In this document: positions 1-17,700 of the stretch, piece after piece
Numbering within the stretch: the first letter of the stretch is position 1
How the letters are laid out: each line of letters opens with the position of its first letter
Source: Oculina patagonica
Taxonomy: Eukaryota
Direction of reading: 5' to 3'
Length of the DNA: 64,000 nucleotides
Assembly: GCF_052425735.1 (NCBI RefSeq)
Contig: NC_135765.1
Location: forward strand, 1,860,001 to 1,924,000
Translations under genes and position numbers: made by a program
The notes under the pieces: model-generated
What the model was told of the DNA's origin: nothing
Database searches by the model: none
Seen by the model: only the letters and a program-made list of their open reading frames with translations

Positions 1-4484
<4,484 letters not shown>

Positions 4485-4758
4485 AACTTTGCTTCAACAA
4501 GATGGCCGATTCGATGAGGTAATTTTAGCAGAAACCTTTTCGTTCCTGCACTTCAAACCCTCCCTTCGCAGACGCCTCAAACACTCTAACGGACTTCAAA
4601 GTTAGTCCGGTCGGTTAATTCCGTTTGTTTTGATTTGATTACACGCTAAATTCCCTTCCTTATTCAAGGTAAAGCGGCGAAAGAACTCAGTTCCTTTGTT
4701 CCTTGCCGAGCGCAGCGCCCCGAAAGCGCTTCTTTCCCGCACGCTGTTTGTCGCCTCG

Positions 4759-4836
4759 TATTTATAGTGAAAGCCCAATGTGCGGGGTGCACCCAAATTC
4801 TTCAGGGCCGACCGTTGCATTGTGGGAGTGACGTAA
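4759..4836 (-). promoter_or_regulatory. Putative POLR2A promoter: TATA box, ZNF143/Staf-like site, CRE-like site
   Basis: TATAAATA on the minus strand at 4759-4766, TCCCACAATGCA (minus) at 4816-4827 and TGACGTAA at 4829-4836. These lie in a CpG-rich patch about 280-350 bp upstream of the ATG. Confidence 0.5.
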
Positions 4837-6398
4837 CACCTAAAACTGTGTTCTGGGGGTGGGGGACAGTAAGATTTTTTTGTTTTATTCATAAGAAATC
4901 TTAATTTTATTGGTTTTCTCTCACTTTTGAGCATTTTTTTCAGCGTTCTATTTGTTGCCATGCAGTTTTTCAGCAAAAACTGAAGGAATAGTTTTTAATT
5001 TGTTGTTCTTGCCTAGAATTGAAGTCATGAAACAAAAAATATATGTTGTGGCTTAACTTTTATATTTATATACCCTTTGTAAAATTTGGTATTTTCCTTT
5101 GTTTTGGTGTACATGTATGTAATATACAACTAATTGCAATTACGTTGTCATAGAAAAAAGGTTAATAGGAATTACTTAGCATAGATTCACAACTGGTAGG
5201 AAGGAAATGCCAAATTGTACCAAGGGTAAAATTGTAACACAACATATATTTATTTATTATTATTATTATTTCAGCATTCATAAAATATTCCACACAACTG
5301 TTTCTAGCCCAAACACAGCAAGTACACAGCACAGTCCCATAAGCTGTACAAGCTTAAATCTTATCGTGAGAAATGGTAAATAAAAAATGTTATTTTAACA
5401 CAAAGATGCGTGTGTAGTTGATTAGCAATACTGAATACCGATGGAGACATTTGACTAGCCCACATTTTGAATGGGATAAGATCCTGGGGACAAGTTTTAG
5501 CAAAACAAAAATGTCAGCAGCAAAGTGTCATACTTCCTACTTTCACATTCATGAACAGAATTTTCCCTTGATTTCAAAACCAAGAACAAAACAGACAGTG
5601 GAGAAAAAAAAATACTTTCAGGCAAGGAAAAGGACCACAAAAGATTATTTGAAAACTACTTTAAATACTTGATAACTAACCAAACTATCGCAATTACGAT
5701 AGTTGAGCTACCAGTAGTCTTGCAATCTATGTATTGCTCTTGGTATCATGATACACGCTTCACACTCTTTAGCACTTTTGAAATTCCACGACTTTCCATG
5801 ACCTTTTCCATGACTTTTCAAAGTTTTACAAGACCAAAATTTGACCATTTTTCTTGGAAATTTTCAAAATTTGTATTGATTTTGGATATGTTTATAACCT
5901 TTTCCTCACAAAAAATAACCTGCCTTTTTTGTACAATCAATACCATTTTCCATGACTCTCCATGACCCACACATAAATTCCATCACTTTTCAGGCCTAAA
6001 AATTCCAAAATTCCATGACCTTCCAGGTTTCCTCTGAATGACCCTTACAAACCCTGTCTTTGTATTGCAGTTGGAATCACAGTTCATCAACACTTTAACG
6101 TATCCTTACACTTCAACTAAGGGTTATGAAGATTTTACTGTATTTTATTTTTTAAACAGAAAGACATGGACACTTGGAATTTTTACAATAAAAGTGCTTT
6201 ATTAACATTTTTCCTCAAGCACGAGTCCACACAGCAGTGAGAGATTCCTGGCATTAAAATTACTGGTGTATCAGCAACAGATGAAAGCAACAATGTCATC
6301 AAGTCTTCCCAGTGTATCTTTACAATCAAGCTGAAATAACAAGTGTAGTACATCCGCAAAATATCCTACCGAAATCAGGATACTTTAAAAAATATCTG

Positions 6399-8602
6399 TC
6401 ACTTCAGTTTAGGAAACAAGTGATGTCCAATCTGTAAAAAACAAAGAAATCAGATTATTAGAAAATACTGTAATACTTTGAAATGAAAATGGATGACAAA
6501 AGTATAGAACACAGTTTTGATGTCTATAACAAAAATGTCATGTTCAAGTCATAACAGATGTACATGTTGTGGTTTAAAATGTTTGGTTTTTTTTTTTAGG
6601 TAATAAACCTGGAACAAAGGAAAATACGGCAAATCAAACTAGTTTGAAATCACTTGAAATGTAATTCGTTTTTTGTGGTTGGGGGACAAAAACGAATTTC
6701 ATTTCATCTATAACATACATGGCTCTGAGACATTTTCAAAGAAAAATCCAACAAGTTTTATCTTACTCTACTTACACATTTATCTTGACATTCTAGAAAA
6801 TCAAACAATTCCTGGACACATGTCTCCTCTGTGTTTGACCTGCTGCTAACTCGTTGATTGCATATCTCCAGCTCATTTTTAAATTTAGCACATTCTGCAC
6901 GTTCAGCACATGATTCCCGAACCTTATCCAAAGGATCTTCTAACTCCTCCTCATCTTCATCATCATCATCATCTCCGACGTCGCCGCCGTCATCACCAGG
7001 CTCTTCCTCCTCCTCATCTTCAGGGTCTGAATCTCCAGCCTACAAGAGAAATTAGAAATTTACAGAAAATATCCATACACAGTAGGCTCAATTTCTAGCT
7101 GCTTTTCGGGGAAAATGAGCCCAAGCTCCTCCTCCCAAAAGCACTCTTCGGGAGGAACAAAGACGGTACTTGAGAAGACGGCGGTAATGGAGCCTACATA
7201 CACAGCCAATAGAAGTGTTCAGATCCTAAAGGGAGTGGAGGGGTGGGGAGGCAGAGAGATTCAAAACAAAAATCCTTCCATGGCAGAGTATGAGTGTTTC
7301 CTGGATTAAGACAATCCACTTTATAAAACCAAACTTGAGAAAGTTCGCTAAATCCTTTTATTAGAGGCATCCACTCAAGGATAATAATTATTACACAATG
7401 GCTGTTCTAAACAGTCAATTGTTAAAAAGCCATTTCTTACGCTGTTTAAGAAGGTTACCGTATTTATTCGATTAAGCGCCCAACCTCGAATAAGCGCCCA
7501 CCTCGAATAAGCGCCCACCCTATAGGCAGGAAAAGTTAATAAGCGCCCAGCCTCGAATAAGCGCCCACCCCCCACCCCACTAAATTGAGGGCACAAGAGG
7601 AAAGTTTGACTATTGTTAAAGTTGAGATTAAAATTGACTAAGTACTACTAAGAGACTATCGCGAAGACCGAGTTTTTTTAGCTTTTTTTACTGAAACTTT
7701 CAATCAGCATTAAAAATTCAGCTTTCGTACACCTTCGCGTTTAGTTATTATACATTGTTTTCTTGCAAAATAAACGTACTACTTGCTAAAAATAGTGAAA
7801 ATTTAATAAGCGCCCAGCCTCGAATAAGCGCCCACCTCGAATAAGCGCCCACCCTCAAGGTCCAAAAATTTAATAAGCGCCCAGGGCGCTTAATCGAATA
7901 AATACGGTAATCTCATATCTCCAGCTAGCCACTCAGTGATTTAGCTGTGTCTATACTCAAAGGGCAGTGTAGTTTTGACTCATTCAACGTAGCAATTAAT
8001 ATTTGAATCACTACACACCAAATGAGAAAGCCAAAAGCTGTGTATCTACAGTGCGTAGCATGAAAACCTTTCCTTAAACTAGATTTAACACACTGCATTT
8101 TGCTAAGTAAATCACCTTGAAATGATTTTCATTTTTTGTAGGTTTGTTGATGATTTCAGTTATTACAAAGTATGTACAATCAATACACTGCGCTTTATAT
8201 AGTTTATACCCAAGAGTGCAAGGGATTCAAATATTGATCACACGGTCCAGATAAATGCAAGAATTCGGTTTAGAAATATGTTTAGCAACAATAAACAGCA
8301 AACAACAAAATGGGTGTACTTCGATCCCTCAGTTCTTCACTTGCGACTTATAATCACACTAGAAAATTAAAAACCTTTCGCAGCTCTCTCTGTTGAATTG
8401 ATCAATCTCTGATCAGCATTCTGCGCTTGTCCGAAAATTATACAAGTACAGACAAGCGACCAAGTTGAAATTTGCGTCGTGTGACAGAGTTTAACAAATA
8501 TTTGATGCTAAATACAGCAAGGTAAATTTATAAACAATGTTTTTTTACCTCTTCTGTGTCAATTTCCTCGCCTAAAAGCGTTTTTTCTTCATCTAAACCC
8601 AT
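6399..8602 (-). CDS. UQCRH: Cytochrome b-c1 complex subunit 6 (hinge protein), about 116 aa
   Basis: Exons 8549-8602 (MGLDEEKTLLGEEIDTEE), 6776-7039 (acidic run, then LEDPLDKVRESC..C..CNQRVSSRSNTEETCVQELFDFLECQDKC) and 6399-6431 (IGHHLFPKLK*). This matches the UQCRH/Qcr6 Cys pattern. The ORF track misses it. Confidence 0.95.
7458..7907. mobile_element. Tc1/mariner-type MITE in UQCRH intron 1
   Basis: TIRs CCGTATTTATTCGATTAAGCGCCC / GGGCGCTTAATCGAATAAATACGG with TA on both flanks and internal AATAAGCGCCCA repeats. A degraded relative lies at about 44845-44935. Confidence 0.9.
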
Positions 8603-8696
8603 CTCGCTAGCAATCTACCGGCACTTCACTCTTCTCGTGTAACGCGCAAGCTTAGCGATCAAGCCTCATAACTTTGTAACCACGCCAGCTGGCAAA

Positions 8697-8708
8697 GCAT
8701 TCTGGGTA
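8697..8708 (-). promoter_or_regulatory. ZNF143/Staf-like motif upstream of UQCRH
   Basis: TACCCAGAATGC on the minus strand, about 100 bp upstream of the ATG. Confidence 0.4.
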
Positions 8709-9697
8709 AACAGGCACGCAATGCGTGCATTGAGCCTGACTGTGCCTCTAGTTTCACTTATAGTTTCATTGCGAGAAAGAGAGATACCCTTTCTAATTTT
8801 CTCCTCTAATTTTTTTATCTTACCTCGGTCTTCTCTGTCGTAAGAATAAGTTTGCTGTTTGACATGTTGTTTTCTTGTCTTTGGAGGTTGTCCTTCAGTA
8901 GCATATCGGAAAAACAATATAAAAGTTTAAATGCGGCCCCCTACTGTAAAAGGGCAAATAGCTAGATATGGTTTTACCAGTAGGTTAAGGCCCCATTTCA
9001 ACTTTTATGTTATTATCTGTCATTGTGTTTTGCTATTGGGCAAGACACAATGCCCCACTTATTACCTTCTTGGGCTTGCTCCTTTTTGCCAATTTTATTG
9101 CCCTATACACAACCAGGGAGATAGGCTCCACTAAATTTTCTAACGTAGAAAAACATCAAAGGAGTAATAAAACTCCGAAAATATAGAAGGATAGTTTCTA
9201 CTAACGAAGAATAAGACGGACTTCGAACGCTCAGAGGCGGAGCCGTGTTGATTGGTAGATAGACGATCGCTACGTAGCCAAACAGATAGCGAGGTAGTCG
9301 ATAAAAGTTTGTGGTCCTGGTTGTGCTAACTATCCAGATTAAGGGTTAAGGGAGATTAGGGATTTGGACTGTAAAGGATAACGTCTTTGTGTTTTTAACT
9401 TTTTCGATCAGATAAAATCAGACTAAATGACTTTCAGATCTCGCCCAGTTAAACAGTCAGCGACATTTTTTTTTTAATTTTACGAAAAACATTTTTGTCA
9501 TAATGTTTGCTTGATAAATTTTTTTAAAAAAAGTCTAAAAAGAATAAAAGGTATATATTAAAGTTTTAAAATTAAAACGTTTTCAACGCTAGGTCATGAC
9601 CAGTGATGTGGAAAGGCCCTATCATTGATAATGACTTAGCGTCGAAAACGGTCGATTTTAGAACTTTAATACCTTTCATCCTTTTAAGCCTTTTTAA

Positions 9698-10053
9698 AGG
9701 GACTATGTCATGGAGATTTCGCAGATTTTTGGTATAAACTGTTCTGAAGTTAGTGGAAGACAACTAAACCCATAAAAAACAATATCTTTGAACATCTAAA
9801 GGAAGTAATATATCAAACACGAGAGGCAGTGTTTCTTCGGGATATCCAAACACCGAGAAGAGAGTTGAAAATACGACGCGCAGCGGAGTATTTTTGACGA
9901 AATTCGAGGTGTTTGGATAGCCGATGAAACACTGTCTGGAGTGTTTGATATATCTTCTCAATCGAAACAAAAACTACGGAGTAAACGGAGAAATAAAATC
10001 GTAAAAATCTATGCTAATTAAGATCGGGTTTCCAAACCACCGTCACGGTTATA

Positions 10054-10088
<35 letters not shown>

Positions 10089-10372
10089 GTTTGAGAAGAT
10101 ACAATCTTAATTTGCGGATAGAAATCAAGCAAAGGCTACAAATATCGATTTTTTGAAGACGCGCGGAAACAATTTGAAAACGTTTGCCTAACGTTTTCAA
10201 ATTCCAATCCGTTTCCATCCGCGCCATCCGCAGCTAATAATGCTAGTTAACAGTTTCAGTGCTCTAATATAGCTATTTTTATTAAAAATGGACTATTATT
10301 TCTTGGTTTCATGCGAAACAAATATGAATTTTGGCTGTTCAAAAATCTGGTAAAATCCGTGACATAGTCCCT
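9698..10372. mobile_element. Non-autonomous DNA transposon with TTAA flanks (Kolobok-like), apparently carrying a nested repeat at about 9803-10097
   Basis: TTAA|AGGGACTATGTCA...TGACATAGTCCCT|TTAA. Same terminus type as 15699-16081 and 36350-36731. Confidence 0.8.
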
Positions 10373-12011
10373 TTAAATAATAAATACAATTTTATCTGCA
10401 AAATGCATGTTGCTGTCTGTGTGATTCTAGTTAGACAAAATGTCATAAAATAGATTTTGCTGCGTGGCACTCAAATTAGGTTGAAACGTGGAAACTTGTT
10501 TGTTTGTTTTCTTGTTTGTTTGAAATATATCACTGTAAAGGGAAATATTAAAAACCAGAGAAAAATGAAGACAATTGAAAAGAACTTATTCAATCAGTAT
10601 TCTGGACAACACACAAATAAAAAACAAAACAGTGAGATCGCTATCAGACAACAGGAAATGTGGGATGGGAAGTAATTCTTCTGTTTAAATATAATGTTTC
10701 CGATCTAATATTCACGGCTTTGTAGTAATTGCACATTTTTGATAAAGTTTACACTTTAAGTACTCATTATCATTATGATTACTGTTGAGTCGTGTGAAAC
10801 AGGTGAGAACTGTACACCTGAACAAACTTGAAGTTCAGCTTAAAGAACGACTCGGCGCCGGGAAGTTTTCGAACTCATTTTGTGCGTGTTAAAGGCTCTG
10901 CAGTTTGCTCAAAATTCACACAGAACAAGGTGATCCAGAAATTTAAGGGTAAGGTTTGTGAACTTTCCAACTAAATCTGCGGGGAACGTTAATTGTTGTT
11001 TAAGAAAACAGGGAGAAGTTATTCCCCCGAACAAAACTGACACGGTTTTCACTTCAACTGATGTTGTACAAAATAGACAAATCAGGGTGAGGATATGAAA
11101 TTTTTACAGTTGTTCAGAAGGGACTGTGTGGTCGGTAAAATTAAGATTAATACTGCAAAACCAAATGATTAAATGAGAACAAAATGTTACGAACGATTTC
11201 AAACTGAAGTGGGAGACATTGTACTCTTCGAAAACCTGGAATTATTAATGCTTACTTTCTTAACAGCGGCTTTATTTATTTAGCTTCAGGGTTCGAATAT
11301 AGGACAAATGGATAAACTTATATCTGGCCGGGCAGAAGAAAGTTTAACTTAACAGAATTAAATTACGAAAAAACATATGACACACACCTTTCCATCATCC
11401 ACGTAGAATTAAGAAGTCAGATCCAAGATGCATTTTAATTTGACTTGCTGTTTTTTCATACAAACTCAAAACATTGCAATTACAAGTAATTCTTTAATGT
11501 CATTACACAAAATTAAGACATCAAAAAAGTGGAAAAATTATTTTGTTGGAAATGGGTCACTTGCCTGTCAAGACGCACTTTGTTGTCATTGTGTCAATAG
11601 ATCAAGTAAGAGATAATGCTGTTCAAATGGTTTATTTACTCTATCTTTGTGTTTAACATATGAGAAGTTTCATTATTGTCTCAGAGACGTCCTCAGAGTT
11701 CTCGAAGTAGAGGCGAGTTGAATGCCGGGGAGGAAGGGGGTGCGTATGTATATCCGTGGGGTTTATACATTCTCTGTTATCCACCCAACAGGTCTATAAC
11801 AGAAGGCTAATAAGCAAGATTTTACAATATTTTACTTATTTTCCGTCCAACGGTCGGTTTAGTGCGGTGATGTAATTTTTTTTACCCTTGTATTTGTCCA
11901 GGTTAGCTTTAATTCAAACTTAAACAATGTTGGTCACATTTAAAAAAAAATTAATTATAATTAAATTATATTTAGCTTTTTATTATTTCTCTTTTGGTCA
12001 CACAGATCAGA

Positions 12012-14313
12012 ATGTCAACCACAGTCCTCATAACTCATCTCATGTTGTGTTTGATGAAGATCACAGCTGCTTCAAATCAGGATTGCCGTTTAGTCGAATC
12101 AGTTTCTGATTACGCCCTCTTTGAACACACCTTCATGTCAATATCCGGGACACGCTTTGAATCTTGCGCCGCAGCATGTGACGCTGACCCAGTCTGTTAC
12201 AGCTTCAACTACTTCATTCCCTACATGACTTGCGAGCTGAATAACTCTTCACGGCGCGCAGATTCAAGTTTCTTCCTTCACAGATCTAGAGCTGTTTACT
12301 TGGACAAACTGAGAGAGCCTGTGGACTACTGCCAAACATATCCTTGCTGGAATAATGGAACTTGCAAGATAGTAAGGCGCCATCCAGGGTTTGAATGTTC
12401 CTGTCACGAGGGATTTAGTGGGGAAAAGTGCGAAAGTAAGAGACAAAAATATGCTTATTTTTTATAGTCGAACATGATAGAGTAGATCTTAATACAACTG
12501 TAAGCATATTGCTAGAGCCATCTGGCTATGGATCAGGGTCTTCCCTGCTCGGACTTGGCTACCGACTTAGACTTAAGGTTAGTACTAGACCGTACTAGTA
12601 TCGTCTTTGATCATGACTGGGCGCTTTCCATTTGCCAGAACTGGCCGGCCAGTCCGGTTCTTTTGAATGTAAAATGGCCTTGTCCAAGCGATTTTCGCCC
12701 CAAACCACCACAACAGTGTATAATATATTTGTGAATTGACTGATTTGACAGGACAAATCTGGCTAACAAAGGAATTCTGTCCTAGAACTTACTGGTCTGG
12801 CCAGCCAGCCAGTAACCTTGGACTGTTTAAGTTTGACTGGACAGCTTTTTTGACGGAACTAAAAAAAGACAAGACATCAACATTTTTCTTTGTAACGTGC
12901 AATTGAAAACATTCGTTGAATTTGCGCCCTGTAAATGAATGTTATTATTATTTGTTAGTTTGCAGTTCTTCTCCATTTGGTCTCAGTAATCATAAGTTGC
13001 CTGATCAGAATTTTAACGCCTCGTCCAGCTCGAGCCCTTTCAGACCTAGTGACGCTCGCTTAAACGCAAACACGTCTTGGGTCAATGAGGGAACATTTAA
13101 CCAGTTCCTGCAGATTAGTTTCCAGCCTCACTCCAAGCGCATCACAGGCGTGGCAACTCAGGGAAATCCTCACAATGATTGGTGGGTAACTCGTTATAAT
13201 CTTCAGTACAGCTCAGATGGTGTCACGTGGTCGTACTACGAGTTCTTTAGAGCGCCTGGTTCACGAAAGGTAAAGTTTTGTCTTTTTTTCGGTATCCTCG
13301 AGAGCTGATAGCTATTTTTAAAAATAATACGAATTTGAAGTTCTACTATGATACAGATGTACTCAGACCAGTCGATCAGTACACGTACCAGGGCAACGAA
13401 TTGTATCCCGTGAGATTTGGGATTGTGATCCTGGCTGTAACTTTCTATTTGTTGCTCAATTATGAATCTAACACCACGGGGCGCCCACACAAATGGGAAT
13501 GTACGGGAACCTTCAAACGTTCCTATTAGCATGAACAGAAATTTGAATATTCATTTTGCTAAGTACCATATTTGGAAACACGAAGAATTTGTACGCGAAT
13601 GCTTTATACACGTAATGACACACGCAACATAATTTTTGGTTTTGTGGTAAGTTGCATGAATTTCGACCTAAACACCGTAAATTTCTTACAGAAACTAAAG
13701 AAATACATTAAGTGTATCGAAGCGAAGTTCTCCAGACTACTTCAAGAAGATGAAACAGGAGAATTTAACCAAATTTAACTTTATTCAACCAAGCTTGTTC
13801 AAAAACAAGATTACGCCATCGAGCGCGAGCTAGCTTACAAAGCACAACGATTGAGGTAACTTTACGTTTATTTTGAACATAAATGTGAATATTACTCGCT
13901 ATAGTTCATGTTAAAACGTTTCGGTTTTCCCATACATCCCTTTATAATTTTGAAACATCAACAGTCGCTCCATTTGTGTGGGCCCCTGTACTCACACACG
14001 TTTTTCAACCAAGAGAAACCACACGAGTAGAGAATTTAAGGCATAGGGTGGGGGGTGGGGGCGAATTAAGCGCGTGACGAGTGAAAAGACGTCTATTTCT
14101 AAGCAATTGCGTTGAAGATTGCGTCACAAAGCTAACACGTGTGTTGCCGTCGTGACTTTGTAGGAATTTGCTGCTAACCAAGATAGAAATACTGTCATAA
14201 CAAACCAGCTCCAGCCTCCTATCACAGCAATGTACCTTCGTATTGCACCAACCGCCTGGGTAGGAAAGATCGCCTTACGGGTAGAAATATATGGCTGTAC
14301 CGACTACAATTAG
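12012..14313 (+). CDS. Secreted PAN/apple + EGF + F5/8 type C (discoidin) domain protein, about 294 aa
   Basis: Exons 12012-12435 (hydrophobic leader; PAN: CAAACDADPVCYSFNY..CELN; EGF: CQTYPCWNNGTC..CSCHEGFSGEKCE), 12959-13269 (FLQISF..ITGVATQG..WVTRYNLQYSSDG) and 14164-14313 (FAANQDRNT..LRIAPTAW..ALRVEIYGC..*). Phases are consistent. Confidence 0.92.
13477..13988. mobile_element. MITE-like element in intron 2 of the PAN-EGF-F5/8C gene
   Basis: Imperfect TIRs GGGGCGCCCACACAAATGG / CCATTTGTGTGGGCCCCTG. Confidence 0.6.
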
Positions 14314-14704
14314 CAAAAGCGGCCGGCCATACACCGAGCACCCGATAGACTGCCGAAGTTTGACGTCAGCATGTCGTCACAATATTACGTCATGTTACTT
14401 GGCAACAGCTCTCACGAAAACGCGGGCTCAGACAATTGTGGGAAACGATAAGAGAAAAAGATAACTGCTCTCCCTGAATGAACTAATGGATTTAAATTCC
14501 AACACATTTCGGAAAGTTACACTCTTTATTACACAAGCGATAAAAACAATCGCCACAACAATTCTGTTTTCCTTTAGAAATTGTTTAGTATTTACATGAT
14601 GTGTATTTACAAGACCAATGTATGCTAACAATGGCTATAATAAAGGAAAATATCGAGAATGAACATTAAATGTATTAATGTAAATAAATCAGTGATGCTA
14701 TGAG

Positions 14705-17700
14705 CTAACGCCGATCTGTGCTTCGGCGACTGGCCGCGCTGCCAGCTCGGGAGGAGGCCTTGGACCCAGCTGTGGAGCCAGGCCTGGAACTCGTCTTCTT
14801 TCCTCGCGCACTACCAGAAGGCGAAACACCTGGAAACGTAAAGAACATTAATGAAAGATGAAGTATTCAACATGACACGAGCGTGGGACAAAGAAAAATT
14901 CTGAGTCCCCGACGGGAATCGAACCCATGGCCTCCCAGATACCGGTTGGGCGCTCTAACCAACTGAGCTACGAGAGACTCGTTGTGAGCTGGGCCATTTT
15001 ACTAGGTTGTAAAAAATGAAATGGCATTTCCACCCCCATTATTACAACAGTGTAAAAAATGAAATAGTGCGGCAAGGCCCACTATCTTATCTCTAGTTGC
15101 TTCTCCTGGGCGGCACGAGCTGGATTGCCGCAGTTTGTATATAGCCAACTGGTCTGACTAAGGGCCTGTTCATATGAAGGAGAGTTGTCCCTGGTAGGAG
15201 GGTTACCCTCTCCCCCGAGCCATCTTTTGCCAAGCGTTTATATGAGAAAGTTGTCCGTGTTGGCCAGGCCAAAACTTGGCCCTCTCAGTTCAAAAGACTG
15301 GCGAGAGTTGTTTTAAAACATTTATTATGGCTGCCTTTTCTAAAATCAGGAACGCTGAAACACCGACCAAGACCATTTTTTGGACAAATCTACCGCTGAC
15401 TTCGATTTCAATTTATCTGCAATTTTGTTTTTGTTTTGGCGTTATATAGCGTTTGCGCATGCTCCGTATGTGTCAACTTGTCTCAGGTAAGCGAGCCAAA
15501 AATAACCAAACTGTTTATATGAGAAAAAAATTGGCTCGCTCCCCAGGGTCACCCTACCTTCAAAGCGAGTGACCCTCCACCCAGGGTCACCCTGCCCCTC
15601 TGTTTGTTTTATACATTGTTTGTTAATTTACAGCGTCCTCAATTAGCCCAGCAGTGCTACATACTTAGTTATCATGATGGTTTGATTTTACGGAATAAAG
15701 GGACTAGGGCACGGTATTTTAGGTAATTCCATTGATATTCGTTCATTAAGAGCTCTAAACTTTAAATTGGCAGAGCAAAAGTCTTTCATTGGCAAAGTCA
15801 CGGCCACATAACAAACAAGGATGATTTTCGAGCATTTTTAATGAAACTTTGATACAAATTGAGATTAACTTGAAAAAAGTCGGCCCGACGTTTTTCAAGT
15901 TTACCCGAACGCAATTCGTTCTAATCTTCTCGAATTTTGCCCCAGCTATTCCCTTCTTTTGACCTTTCTGTGTTTCGTTTGTGTTCTTCTACAGTTTTAA
16001 GCCGTTATTGTGATAATTCAGTTAATTCTATGACCAGTTGTTCAGCGCCGAAATTGCCTAAAATTGCGTGACATAGCCTCTTTAACTTTACATTTCACTG
16101 TTCATGTACACACCTGGCTTAGGACTTCCCGCCCCAGTGGGACTAGCGGCTCCAGACAGAGCCAGAGCTCCAATGTCCACTGTACCAACACCTCGCCGAC
16201 TGCCAGTGGATATATCAGATCTGCGGGGCGATAAAAAAAACATCAAATTAATCCTTTCATTTTACCTTTAACTTAGCAATCCCCTTAGAAATGCAAATAT
16301 ATAACTATATAACTGACTGAGTACTGGAGTATAAACTTTTCGCATTTGAACTCACCTAGCGGACGAGAGTGTTCCAGAACTCCTAGAGCTACGAGACGAT
16401 GTTGGCCGCGACATACCAGGGCCTGGGGAAGGTGGCATTGGTAACCCGGCCTGGCTGAAGTAGATCTGGACACTGGGACCAAGATCCGGGTGACTGTGCA
16501 GTACCTCTCCCATCTGTTTCATCGTACGCGTGTTAAACTCTCGCAACTCTCTCAAATCCATATCCTTTTCTTCATGCAGTTCTCCTGAACTTTTCTTAGC
16601 GCTCCTTACAGTGCGAGCTATTTTACTGGCCTCGCGAGCAGCTCTGTCCTTCTTTGTCTTCTGTTCGTCTAGTTCTTTCTGTAAATTAGTCGTCTTTGCT
16701 TGTTTCTCAGTAATCACTTCCACCAACGTTTGCTCGTCCGCATTCAAGTTGTCCAGCGTGCTTTGCATGGAGCCCAGGTCCTCCTGCAGCTCACGGATTT
16801 GTCGTCGTTTGTATTTGTACTTGTCCATGACAGCACGCATTTGATCCTCCAAGCGCTGCTTCTCATCAAACTCCTCGCTCATCTCATCCACCTTGTTAAA
16901 GCTTTTCCGGTACGTCTCATTACGACCGTTCATCAACCGCAGTGTGTTCTCCAACGCTCTAGCAAAAAATTGACAATTTTAGTATAACGATAAAAACACA
17001 AATTCTCATTACTGATCTTCACAAATTTTTTGAGTTGGCTCAAGGAATATAGCTGTGGATCTGATGATTTTCTTCATTTCCATTACCTGCTTGTTTGACA
17101 ATTCACTCAGTGATGTTATCAGAAGAAATATATATTGATCTACATAAAATTATGCCGCGCAAACCAGCCTGTATATAGGCTAAACAGAAAATGTTCAATA
17201 TTTCTTTTTTCTTCTTTTTTGACAACTACAAAGCTTTGTTCTGTATTTCATACTTCTAAGATTTAGATCCAATTTTTCAATCTCGGCTTTATCTTCCCCA
17301 GTTTTAACTCTCAAAAGAGAACACTCTAAGACTGAAATCGAAATTAGAAGTTTTACGTAAAGTAGCCATAGCAAACAAAACGCTTCATAAATACAATGCT
17401 ACTTGGGCACCTATACTGTAGGTTATTTTTTTTCTCCCTTCTTCTGTTTTACTTTACATTTTTTATTTCTTGTTAATGTCAATCCTTAATTTATTTAACT
17501 GTGTTGTAGTTTATCTGTAGTGTATTATAAGTTTTCATGTATAATACGGCTTTATAAAATTGTCCTATATCGCATTGCAGTTTTATGCTCCTTTAGGTCT
17601 GTCAGTAAAGTCTGTTAGCAAAGTCTGTTAGTAAACGAATCCAATGAACGAATTCAATGAATGTTTTTTTTTTTTTTATTTTTATTTTTATTTTTTTTTT

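Noticed and set aside
14905-14975. tRNA gene
   Set aside because: A and B boxes are present, but the sequence continues into a non-tRNA body. It is treated as a SINE head, as is 35172-35235.
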